Assembly: GCA_008632985.1 (NCBI GenBank)
Contig: QPGO01000109.1
Location: forward strand, 1-64,000
Length of the DNA: 64,000 nt
DNA from: Psammoneis japonica
Lineage: Eukaryota
Direction of reading: 5' to 3'
Part shown: piece by piece, positions 25,632 to 37,180 of the stretch
Position numbering within the stretch: the stretch's first letter is position 1
How the letters are laid out: every line of letters starts with the position of its first letter
The notes under the pieces: model-generated
What the model saw: only the letters and a program-made list of their open reading frames with translations
What the model was told of the DNA's origin: nothing
Database searches by the model: none
Position numbers and translations under genes: made by a program

Positions 25632-28600
25632 ATGCCAACGAGCAAGGACAACAACCTTGTAGAAGTTAAAATAGAATCTCGAATCAATTCTTATGATGCT
25701 GATTCTGTCTGCACCAATGGAAATGTGTCTGTGCCTTTCGCTAAATCCTTAAGACGCACAGCTTCAGTCGACACTGATGCAGGCGACAACTCCCTTTTCA
25801 ACAAGCTGGGCGCGCATGCCGACACATGCGTTGCAGGATCCAGCTGTGCTCCCTTCTCTGACCCCTCTCGTGCTGTCACTGTAGATCCACATTCCAGCGA
25901 ATGCGACCCAATCAACAACATCCCGATGCAGATGGTTGCTGCTGTCTGGGTTGACCCGAGTTCTGGTCAACCACACCTCCTCATCTTGAATGAGGCCATG
26001 CACATTGGGGACAGGATGAAACACTCACTGACATGTCCCAATCAGCTCCATGCTGACGGCTTGACGGTGCATGATGTGCCAAAGCAGTTTGACAGCTCCA
26101 GCACTCATTCAATTGCCTTCCCGGACTCCAAGGTCTGGATCCCATTGTGAGTCATTGGGGTTGTCTCTGCTTTCGAAACAAGCAAACCTGCGGAAGATGA
26201 TCTTGAAGACTTGCCTGGGCTCAAACTTGCCTCACCCCTCCAATGGGAGCCGAACTCAAGCTGGGGTGTGGAACGTCTGTGCACCATTGGGAAGGAAGGC
26301 ACAAAAGAAGGCGCCCTGGCTCAAGTTCCCGAGCATCAAGGACAGGTTCTGCACAGACCACATGTTCTCGACTGTGAAATCTGTTCTCATGGGGATGTGG
26401 GTGGCTCCACATTTGCAAATGGTTGTGGACATGACTGCTTCCATCCATGGAAGTCGAAGGGCAAGCATCCCGATGCGACTGCGTCATTCATGCACGACGC
26501 AGGCGTTCCAACGGAAATTGCATCGGACGGTGCTCCCGAGCTGACTGATGGCTGCACAAAGGAAATTTGTGAGGAGTGCTGGATCAAACAAGGGGTTGCT
26601 GTTCCTTGCAGTCCATGGCAGAACTTGGCCAAAGCCTCCATTCGTGAGCTGAAGAAGAAAATGCAGATTGCAACAAGGTGCACGAATGCGCCAAAACGCT
26701 GCTGGTCCTGCTTTGCCAAGTGGGCCATGGCTGTCAGGAGGCTCGCAGCCTCTGAGCATCCGGAAATGGATGGGAAAGTCCCCAAAGAGGACATCACGGG
26801 TTCAACACCAGACGTCTCAGCTCATGCCCTCTTTGACTGGCACCAGCCGGTGCACTTTATGATGCCTCAGGCAAAATTTCCCTTTGAAAGGAAGTGCATC
26901 AGGCGCTGGTCAGGTGTCGCAGAAAACTGTGCAGATGACATGGCATTTGTGATCCCACCTGAATCAGGCACACCCATCATTCGGAAGGATGTGTGGGCTC
27001 TGCCTGAGGATGACTTGAGGGCCAATGCAATTTGGCAAAAGATTGAGCATCTCGATGCCAGTCTGAAACTCAGGCCAGGGGACGGTCAGGAAGGGAATGA
27101 CAAGTTCCCAGAACCACCCGAAGACCCATTTGGCAAGGAAGATGCCAATGCAGAGCCGTTCGAAGAAGATGCAACTTCTCCGGAAGCAGATGAGTTCACG
27201 CCGGAGGCAATGGATGAGTGTCTGGCGGTGGAACTTAGGCTCTCACGAGCTGGTGAGCTGCAGCATGCAAAAGTTGTTGCCAGGAAGCGCGACGCGGATG
27301 GAAATCTGACAGGGAAGCGGCACAAAAAGCCTGTCCTGGATTCACGGCTTTGTGAGGTAGAGTTCCCAGACAGATCTGCCGACACGTTCACAGCCAATTT
27401 AATTGCTGAGAACATCTGCTCCCAGGTTGATGGGGAGGGACGATCTTGCCAAATTGTCAAAGAGATTGCAGGTCACCAAAGTGACGCATGCGCAGTGCAC
27501 AAAGATGACGGTTTCTTTGTCACAAAGAGTGGCACGCGCAGGCCCCGCCGAACGACGATCGGCTGGGACACACAGTTTGAGTGGAAAGATGGAAGCTCTA
27601 GTTGGCTCCCTTTGTCGGAGGCAAAAGAATCGTTCCCTGTCCAAGTCGCGGAGCATGCTGTTGCAAATGAGATGGCTGGTGAGCCAGCGTTCAACTGGTG
27701 GGTTCGAGACGTGTTGCGTCGTCATGCCAGGATGGTCATGAAAGTCAAGACCAGGTGCTGGAAGCGCACTCACAAATTTGGTGTCGAACCGCCAAAATCC
27801 GTGGAGCAGGCCTTGATGCTGGACAAACAGTCTGGGCTTGACCTGTGGTGAAATGCAACTGAGAAGGAGATGCGCAATGCAATGCCAGCCTTCGAATTTG
27901 TCGATGATGACCAGATGGGACACAAGGAAATTAAGTGCCACTTGGTGTTTGACATCAAGTTGGACTTGAACAGGAAAGTGCCAGCAGCTCTGAATGACTT
28001 GGAAGTCATGTGTGCCAACATTCAGAATGCTCGTCTGAATGCACCAATGAAAGAGTGCTGTTGCACAATTGCTGGCCTGGAATTTGGCAAGCAGAGTGTC
28101 GGTCGACCCGTTAAAATTGTCAGGGCCCTGTGCGGACTGAAGAGTTCCGGCGCTGCTTTCAGGGAACATGTGGCAGCAATGCCAAGGCTCGCAGTGTTCA
28201 CCTGTGGCAAGGGCGATCCCGATGTGTGGATGCACAAGAATGCCAAGCTGGATGGCTTCAAGTGCTGGGGGTGCATGCTTGCACATGCAGATGACCTGCT
28301 GGTTGTCTCGCACGAACCCCAGAAGTTCATGGATTGCATGGCTTTGAGACATGTGCTAAAAGAGGGAAGCGTCAAGGAACCGGAAGAGCACTGGGTGCCG
28401 AAGTGAAGAAGTTCCAACCATCTGACTCGGACGGCAAAACACGTTGGGCCCTTTCATCTGACTTGTGTGTCAAGCGGGCCACTGCCAACGTTGAGTTTGA
28501 ACTCGGCCGTGCAGGCCGGGGACTCAAGAAGAGAGTCACAACGCCATTGAGTTTGGGGCATCACCCTGAACTTGACGCTGCGCCTGAGCTGGATGCCTGA

Positions 28601-29368
28601 AGGGCGACTTGTTTCCAGGGACTCATTGGCGTTTTGTGTTGGGTGGTGGAACTGGGGCGCACTGACATTGCAGCGCCAGTCTCTCTTCTGTCTTCTTGCT
28701 TGGCAGCGCCAAGGGTTGGGCACCTGGATGAGGTGTTTCACATCTTTGCCTGTTTGAAGGCACACGCCAGGTCAGCGATGGTGTTTGATGACACGGAACT
28801 GACCTTCAATCAACCACGTTTTCAGGAATGTGACTGGTCGGAACACCATCCTGGGGCAGCCGAAGCTGTCCCTCATGATGCCCCTGAGGCCAGAGGGAGC
28901 AGTGTCGCTGCTGCATGTTTCGTCGACGTGGATCATGCTGGTTGTCGAGTGACGCGCCGATCCCATTCTAGGATCATTGCATTCATGCAACGGGCCCCAA
29001 TCTTGTGGTGCTCCAAGCGGCAGAACACTGTGAAATCCTCAACTTTTGGGTTGGAATTCGTTGCGATGAAGATTGCCGTGGAGCAGATTGAGGCCTTTCG
29101 ACACAAGCTTCGCATGATGGGTGCTCCCATCGATGGCTCCACCAACGTCTTCTGTGACAATGAGGCCGTGTTTAAGAACTCAATGCGGCCCGAGTCGACA
29201 CTCAAAAAGAAGCACAATGCCATTGCTTGTCACCGGATGCGTGAGGCACAGGCTGCTGGCATTGTGCGCATTGCTTGGGAGGATGGCGAGACGAATCTCG
29301 CTGACGTTCTCACCAAGTTGATGCCCGGACCAAGGCTCCGGGAGTCAATTCATCACATTTTGTGGTGA
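25632..29368 (+). pseudogene. Copia B pol (protease, integrase, RT, RNase H), frameshifted, with internal deletions
   Basis: 'LGAHADTCVAG', 'PCSPWQNLAKASIRELKK', 'RALCGLKSSGAAFR', 'LAHADDLLVVS', 'ILWCSKRQNTV', 'CDNEAV...IACHRMREA...NLADVLTK'; the ARFVAGGH block seen in copy A is missing. Confidence 0.92.
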
Positions 29369-29588
29369 GTGTGATTCCAGTGGCGGGCAAAACACCCGAG
29401 CCCAATGCAGTTGTGGCACCACTGATTGCTTCGTCTTGCAGACGAACCGGGATTTTCCGTTTCCAAAATGGAGACGGTTTTGCCCATCCCGAGACATGGT
29501 TTTTTTTGAACTGGCCTGGAAAGGGCCGGCAACGCGGGTGCACAGGGTCAAATTGATCCTGCCGAAGCTGGTGTCCATTCGAGGGGAC

Positions 29589-29764
29589 TGAGTGAGTGCA
29601 GCCACACTGTCGCTGAACATGGCATTTGGCAAAGACCATCACTGTCGCTGACACAGAGGGTGGCACAGAACAACCTTGCAATTTTCTGGAACCTGTTGAT
29701 TGCCGCACCAACATTTTCTGTCGCATCTTGTCAAATTCCCAGAGACTGCGGCGTGAGTTGCTCG
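29589..29764 (+). repeat. 3' LTR of Copia B
   Basis: Follows the PPT; ends CTCG (CA->CG); followed by TTGC. Confidence 0.92.
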
Positions 29765-30367
29765 TTGCAATGGTGCCAGTGCCCCTCACTGCCAGACGCC
29801 AGGCTTTGCGGATGCTTGACTTGAACATTGGTCGAGCCATGGCCAACCAGCTGCGCAGTCTGTGGGTCGAACAAGTGAGGTGCTCCTCCACTGAACTGAG
29901 CAACTCGGATGGATTGCAAGCTGAACAATTGTCTGCCTTGGAGTGGATGGCTCATGCTTCTGCCTTGGCGTCACGGTGCTGTGAGGACTTTCTTGTGCCC
30001 AAATTGTGCCCATGTGCAGTGTCATCATGGAGTGTTCCCGCCATTGGGGCCACACAAAACTGCCAATCGCAGCGGCCCAATCTGAGTGCTTTTCCATGTT
30101 CAACAAGGAGCGGCACAATCCAGTTGACAGCGAGCATGATGGCTGAGCTTTGTTCCACAAAGACGAGAAGTGCCCATTAAAAATCTGTCTCCAACCAATT
30201 TTGTCTTGAGCTTGAAACACCGCCACAGCACTTTGATGGACATTTGCTGAGCACAACACCTTGTCGTGAAACCAACACACAAAAAACATTGTCATGTTGA
30301 CAGACAAGATGTCGTGTGCCAAAGATTCAGAAACAAACCCCAACCCCAAACCCAAGCCTGACCCTTT

Positions 30368-30930
30368 TTGCATTTTTGCATTTCCACATTTCCATGTTTT
30401 CGTGTTTTTCTGCATTCCCGCATTTCTGCATTTTTGCATTTCCACATTTCCACATTTCTGCATTTTCGCATTTCCACATTTCCGCGTTTGGGCATTTTCG
30501 CATTTCCTCATTTTCGCATTTCTGCATTTTCGCATTTCCGCACTCCCGCATTTCCGCACTTCCGCATTTCCGCATTTTCGCATTTCCGCATTTCTGCATT
30601 TCCGCACTTCCGCACTTCCGCGTTTCCGCATTTCTGCATTTCCGCATTTCCGCATTTCCGCGTTTCCGCATTTTCGCATTTTCGCATTTTTGCATTTTCG
30701 CATTTTCACATTTTGCATTTCCGCATTTTTGCATTTTCGCATTTTCGCACTTCTGCACTCGCGCATTTGCGCATTTCCACACTTCCGCATTTCCGCATTT
30801 TCGCATTTTCGCATTTTCGCATTTCCGCGTTTTCGCATTTTCACATTTTCGCACTTCTGCACCCACGCATTTGCGCATTTGTGCGTCTGCGCTTTTGTGC
30901 ATTTGCGCTTTTGTGCATTTGCGCATTTCC
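30368..30930. repeat. 8-bp satellite (tttYcgca)n
   Basis: Visible tandem array, paralog of 11009-11470. Confidence 0.95.
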
Positions 30931-33486
30931 ACGCACTGAAGGGACACAGCCCACTGGCAAGGGCGCTGATCAAACAAGATTTGTGGTGCAAGTGTTTGGG
31001 GCTGGGGGCACTGGAGCAAAGCCAACGGGGCAACTGCCACAAATGCCTTGGGAAAGCAGAGCAGGGTTTGTTGCTTCAAACAACACGTGTGTTTGGGCAG
31101 AATGGAGTGCAGCGCCGGCAGTGTGGACGGCAACACAAGGGAAGGAGACGAGGAGGCATGTGCCCACAAAAATGGAGCTGACGTGGAGCGGACACATCAG
31201 CAACAAAAGAGACATCACCTGCAGCTGTGGATTGAAGAACGCTCGTGATGAAACCAGGTCAAGCAAAATGGCTTCTGTGGCACGTCAACAAAAGCGTGCA
31301 TGGCATGGGAATGGCACGTTGGGGGAGAGAGGTTGACATGCTCACCCAACATGCTGTGACCCCCAACGTGCAGAGCCAAGGATGAGCGCATCATGGGGGA
31401 CAAATGGGCTTCCCCATGGTGCAGAGACGGATTTCACCGATTTGTCCCCTCGTGCGCCGCATCTTGGCTTTTTTGTAAAATGCAACAACGACAATGTGAG
31501 GGCAACTGTGACAACAACTTGAGTCACAAGGGTGGCACAACTGCTGCCACTGCCGCCGCCATTTTTCCATTCATGATTTTGCACCCTTGACCACTTTGCG
31601 CCCTTTTTGATTTTGTGCCAATTTCCGCCTTTTTTGCTCTTCCTGGTTTTTTGCCATTGGCCACTTTGTGCCCTTTGTGTCTTTGTGACTTTTGCACTGT
31701 CCTTGGCCAATTTGTGCCCTTTGCAACTTTGTGACCTCAGCTGCCACCATGCACTCTCGCTCCGTTCAGTGATTTTTTTTGTGCCCCAGGAAAGTTTGTG
31801 CCCTTTGTGTTTTTGTGCCCTCAACTCCCATTTTTTGTCATTTTTTGTTTTGTGCTCTTGGCCATTTTGCACCTTTGAGATTTTGTGTGCATTTTTGCAT
31901 TTTCGCTTGCATTTTCGCATTTGGCACTGGGGGCACCTTTGAGATTTTGTGCCCTCAGCGATGTTGCACAATTCTTGATTTTGTGCCCTTGACCTTTTTG
32001 TGCCCTTGGCTGCTTTGTGCCCTTTTCTTTTTTTTTGTGCCCTTGAGCACTTTGCCCTGTCTCGTGGTTTTGCGCCCTTGGCCATTTTGCGCCCTTTGTG
32101 GCTTTGTGCCCTTTGCCATTTTGTGCCTTTTTTGGTTTTGGGCCCTCAGCCACATTTGGTGCCCCTCATGATTTTGCGCCTTCAGCAATTTTTGGCCATT
32201 GTGGTTTTGTGCCCTTTGCCACCTTGGGCCCTTTCTGACTTTTTGCCCTTGGCAGCCTTGTGCCCTCAGCCACCATTTTGCACCCTCAGTCATTTTGTGA
32301 CCTCAGCAATTTTGTGCCCCTGCCTGGTTTGTGCTCTTTGTGATTTGGCGTCCTCAACAGACATTTTTTGTCCTTTTTGATTTTGTGCCCTTGGCCATTT
32401 TGCTGGTCACCACAGAGCTGCAGAACAACAAGAACCTGCCCGATGAAGAGCGCGGGGCAAAGAGGAGAAAGAGCATGAGACGCCTGAAGCTTTTCACGGC
32501 AGGGAACTCCAAGAATGGAGACGCGGAAGGGAGCGCACCCAGGAAACGCAAGAGGGGAGGATTTTTGCAGGAAGATTGTGGCAGAGCATGACAGGAAAGT
32601 GGAGGAGGGGGGCAGTGAGTTGGGGGATGAGGAAAGCCACATGGTGGGTTGCACTGAGACACATGAGCTGGAGCCAACACCTGTTTGGCAGACAATGTGT
32701 GAAAAGTGGCAGTCACATTTGTTGCAAATGACGTTGCAGACACAATCTAAATTGAACGACTGCACTCCACGGTGCCAGCCGGAGAGCAGCTGGGGAAGGG
32801 CACAACACAAGTGGCACTTTGGGAAGCCAGTCAACTGATCTGTTGTCATTCAGTTGTCGAATGTGTTTGAGTGGGTGCGCCGGAGTTTTTGGCCCGCTCA
32901 CTTTCTGCGTGGCCTGGAACAGCCCAAATCTGTGCAGACTCAGTGCGCTTCGCCCTGCAGAACAGTTTTTGGGAGTGTTTTCTGGCTCGTGGCTCAAAAT
33001 GACATGCAAAACAGCACGAACAATGGTGTTTTGCCAAGCCAAAAAATGCGATCATCTCTGAGGTCGGAACCTGGATGCTCTCAATGGAGTTTGGCACATT
33101 GCGTCATCTTCTGCGAGACAAGGTCGAGAACACCCAGGTTCATGTGGGTGGATCATGGTGAAAATTCTTGCTGAAGGCTCGCATTGACAACGTCGCTTCT
33201 GTTGCATCACAACCAACCTTGTGCGTTGCCACTCATGCTGTGTGTTTTGTCGGGGCTTTGCGCGCTTGTAACCGTTTTGCTCATGCGCGATTTCTCTTTC
33301 TGCGCTGTTCTTTTGTTCTGCAGGGTCTCCATTGTCGCGAGGTGTCTGACAGAATTCGAAGAAGAGTTGGATGCCGGCATGTCACTCTCTGGCTGAAACA
33401 CATCCAGCTGCTGTGTGCAAAAAGCCTCTCGACTTGAGCCACGCGGCAAATGGTCCAGCTGGCAACCGGTTGCTTGATGACCTGGG

Positions 33487-33882
33487 GATGGGCTCCAATC
33501 CCAGGTGGGACTTTTTGTGACATTGGGCGCACAGAATTCTACGTGCGAGCTCCGCAGTGAAATTGTTGAGCAATGAAAATGTGAATGATCGCTGACAGAA
33601 ATAGAGGCAATTTTACGAACGCATCTCCTCCTCCAAATTTGAAGTGCGTCATTTGTGGTTTGCCCGGGCACATTCTTTAGACATTGAACAACATGCCCAG
33701 CGCATTTTCATTGTCATAAATGCAGAAAACAGAAAGCCTTTGGCTTCGCAAAAGAGGCAGTGTGGAACAATTTTTTGCAACAGAACACGCAGAAATGTGC
33801 GTGCAAAACATGCGACGGATGACAAAAAACAATTGTGTCACAGTCCAGCAGTGCGAGGTCCCACCTGGAGCTGGAACGCGTC
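33487..33882. mobile_element. MITE, GAC...GTC family, copy 5 (396 bp), TSD TGGG
   Basis: 'gatgggctccaatcccaggtgggac...gtcccacctggagctggaacgcgtc'; empty site 'cctgggctcgaatcc' at ~15086. Confidence 0.92.
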
Positions 33883-36800
33883 TGGGCTCGAATCCTGGGC
33901 ATCGCATTTTTCAAGTCGTTGGGTCAGATTTGGTCGAGTTGGTCAATCTTGATCAAATCCTGTCATGGCATGATTCTCAGAGTGACGCGCGCGTCTCTCT
34001 GTCTCAAAAATGGGGCATGCCTGCCTCGGGGGGACAGCATTGTTGGGAAGCTCCTGTGAAGCCGTCGGGGCAGAATGGGGTGTTGCCGGTGTGCAAAGGG
34101 CAGCCACTCAGCATGCTTTGAATGAGGGGGGCGCGAAAAATTGCCCAGGGAGTTTGGAATCTGTCAGCGATGCAGTCGACATCGGCGCGCTGTGGGGAGT
34201 GCCATGCACTGCGGCGAGAGTCCATGTTTGAGCCCTGTCTTCAACTCCGGCATCTAAGATGTGGGTGGGTCCCTTGACAGCAGCGGAGCTTTGTGATGGG
34301 AGCGATTCAACCTGCCAGTCCGAATGATCCTGGGTGACTTAGAAACCTTGTGGGGGCGATTCGGGGACAGCCACATCAGACAGATTCGTGACACATGGGG
34401 AGTGACAGAATTCGAAGAAGAGTTGAATGCTGGCATGTCACTCTCTGGCTGAAACACATCCAGTTGCTGTGTGCAAAAAGCCTCTCGACTTGAACTGTGC
34501 GGTGAATGGTTTGGTTGGCAACCAGTCACTTGATGACCTGGGTTCGAATCCTGGGTGTCGCATTTTTCAAGTCGTTGGGTCGGATTTGGTCGAGTTGGTC
34601 AATCTTGATTAAATCCTGTCAGTGTCCCAGAGACACTTTTTCTTGTCAAGAATGTTGCCTCTGAAGTGCGATGGCCACGGCAATTCAATGACGAAGCCAA
34701 GTCACAGACACAGCATCAGGAAGAGTTCATGACAAACATGGTGACTTGGAGCCATGATGTCTTAAGCTGGGTGAGCTCTCAAGAGCTCAAACACATCGTC
34801 ACGCAGTTTTGACAACATTTCTCCCCAACTGTCCATGGTGATGCAGAGTTTGATTTGGCAGACCAGTGCATCATGGTGGTTCTAAGGGCAAAGATTGCTT
34901 CTTTTGGCTGTGAGGCAGTTTGCAACCTGGAAACATCACTGCAGATGAGATTCACTTCATCCATGCTCTGAATGTTTTAATCAGAGCAAAGCTTTGTTTA
35001 AATCATCACATCACAACGCAGCATGTTCAGATCAAAATGCAGCCAATCAAGGCAAAAACGCCTGCGCAGAGCACAGTCAGAGCAATTTTGGTTGTTCGGA
35101 GCTTGTGAAATTTGTTTGGAGCATTGCACTCAGAGCACGATTTTTTGCAAAGTAGAGCACTGAGCTGACATTCAGAGCATTGCTGCGATCATTTCCATTT
35201 GATCAGAGCACGACTCTGAACATGTTTTGAAGTGCCCCACCATTTCCATTTAATTGCAGCACAACCACTCACACTCTGAACAATGCCAGGATGCCCATTC
35301 AAACAGAGCACAACTCTCGACAAAGTTGTCGATGCTCCGAATGACCTCTTTTGGACAACAACAAGCTGCGCAGTGCTCTGAATAAAACTTTCATTTAAGA
35401 AGCTGTGCTTCAATTAACTCTGGTTGACAAACACATCCACCGAACTCCGATGCATCGTGTCGTTGCGGCGATGTGTGACATGTGTGTTGTTGCTGCAACA
35501 ATTTGTTCTCATTGCATGTCCTTGTCTGTCGGCACTGTCGTTTGTCAGATGCTGCTGACATGGCCTTTTGATGACACTCCTGACACAATGCAAACATGCA
35601 TTTGCAAGAACCATTCAATGCATTCATGCAAACCCACACCGCCTTTCTTTTTCCCACCTTGCAAATGCTTGATCCAAAAACAACGTCACACTTGTCGCCA
35701 CAGCACTTTGTTGGGAAGAGTGGGTTTGTTTTGAAGCACACTTGAGTGAAACATTTTCCATCATCTTGATGGACCAAGGCATGGATCAAGTGAGCCTCCT
35801 TGCACTTGCACTGTGAACACAGACAAAGAAGTGCAATTGGTTGCTGTGCATGGACCAGACAAAGCAACAACAAGGCATCAACAACGTTTGTTCTCTGCCT
35901 GGGAATTGCAATCAGTTGCTTCATTGGCTCCAGCAATGACGAGCATTGCACTTTTGAGGTGACGTTTCTTTGTTGCCTTTTTTGTGACAAACAAAAAAAG
36001 TGAGAAGTGTTTCCAACGTTTTGCGCACAATCCGTGTGCATTTTTCTCATGCATTCTCACCATTTTCATTTGCAATTGATCCAATGGCATGGATGGATTG
36101 CCCGGTTGAGTCTGTCAAAATGTGCCGGCATGATGCCAACCAAAGGCCGTTAGATCAATTTCTCAATTTCAAACCGGAGCAACGACGGCGCTCTCACCTT
36201 TTTGTTTGCACCATTGACAATCATTGCATTTGCCTTTCTCATGACAAACAATGAATGTTTGAGACGTGCCCAATCAATTGCACAATTTGTCACAAGACAA
36301 CATGTGATCTTGCCATCTTCTGTGGCACTGTCCTCCGCGTTTCAGTCACTGGGTGTGGCTGAGTCTGGTCTCCAGCAATGCAATGATGCCAAGTTAGAGC
36401 AACAGCCCACATCGGCAACTGGAGCACCAACGATGCTCTCACCTTTTCATTTGCCCAGTGGCAACTGCCTTGTCTGCCTTGGCACAAACAATGGCAGCTG
36501 CACGAGATGCAATGATGCGCGTCAAGCCTCACAACTGCCTGTTTGCTCACCCTTTCTTTTTGCACTCACTCCATCATTGTTTCAGGCATTGGCGATGGTT
36601 GAGTCTGGCAAGCAGCAACACAATGACAACAATTGATCAAAGCAACAATCTACATCGACAACTGCTGGAGCACTGACAACGTCCTCACCTTTTGTTTTTT
36701 GCCAGTGGATGCCATCTCATTTGCCTTTGCATGAACCACATTGTGAGAAGCGTGCAATCAACCGCCCATGTGCATTCGCAGAACAACAATGTGTGCTTGC

Positions 36801-36899
36801 TGCACCAGTCTTCCTTTTCTCTTGTTCCGTCATGCAACAAGGGAGTGCAGACAACCGGGCCTGAGAAGCAACACAAGGCATCAAAGCTGAAGTTCAAAA

Positions 36900-37180
36900 C
36901 ATTGCTCCAGACTTGCTGTTTTGCAAAACCCCAGATGTTTCATTTGGCAAAATCATGGGAACCTGAGTGAGCCAGGTGCATTCTTCAATGTCTGAAGAAT
37001 GCACCTGGCCAAGCAGAAAATGATGCGCTTCAACCATGGATGAGTTTGTGCTTTCACAAAATTGCCTCATTTTCTGTTGGCAATCATTGGCACATTGATT
37101 GCCTGACAATTTCACTGCGGAGCTTGCTCACAGAATTCTGCGGGCCCACACTGTCACACGGATTCCCACAAACATCTGGA
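36900..37180. mobile_element. Truncated, diverged copy of the GAC...GTC MITE
   Basis: Shares 'ttcttcaatgtctgaagaa' and 'cagaattctgcgggccc...tgtcacacggattcccac'; other TIR not found. Confidence 0.7.

Larger units (their letters stand above)
23480..29764 (+). mobile_element. Ty1/Copia (CoDi-like) retrotransposon B with both LTRs, TSD TTGC
   Basis: Two 176-bp LTRs, PBS-like 'tttgtcagagcca' (cf. tRNAiMet TGGTATCAGAGCCA), gag-PR-IN-RT-RH, PPT 'gaggggac'; TTGC at 23476-23479 and 29765-29768. Confidence 0.95.
29539..34918 (+). repeat. Segmental duplication copy 2 (paralog of 9906-16524)
   Basis: Same order: LTR, LINE fragment, CCCCAA array, 8-mer satellite, minisatellite, downstream blocks. Confidence 0.9.

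Noticed and set aside
2260..29368. Alternative genetic code explaining Tyr->Cys/His
   Set aside because: Host genes use TAT/TAC normally, and non-coding LTRs, MITEs and satellites lose TpA too.
23480..29764. ADAR-type RNA editing fixed by reverse transcription
   Set aside because: A->G and T->C both occur on one strand, the LTRs differ from each other, and DNA transposons are affected.
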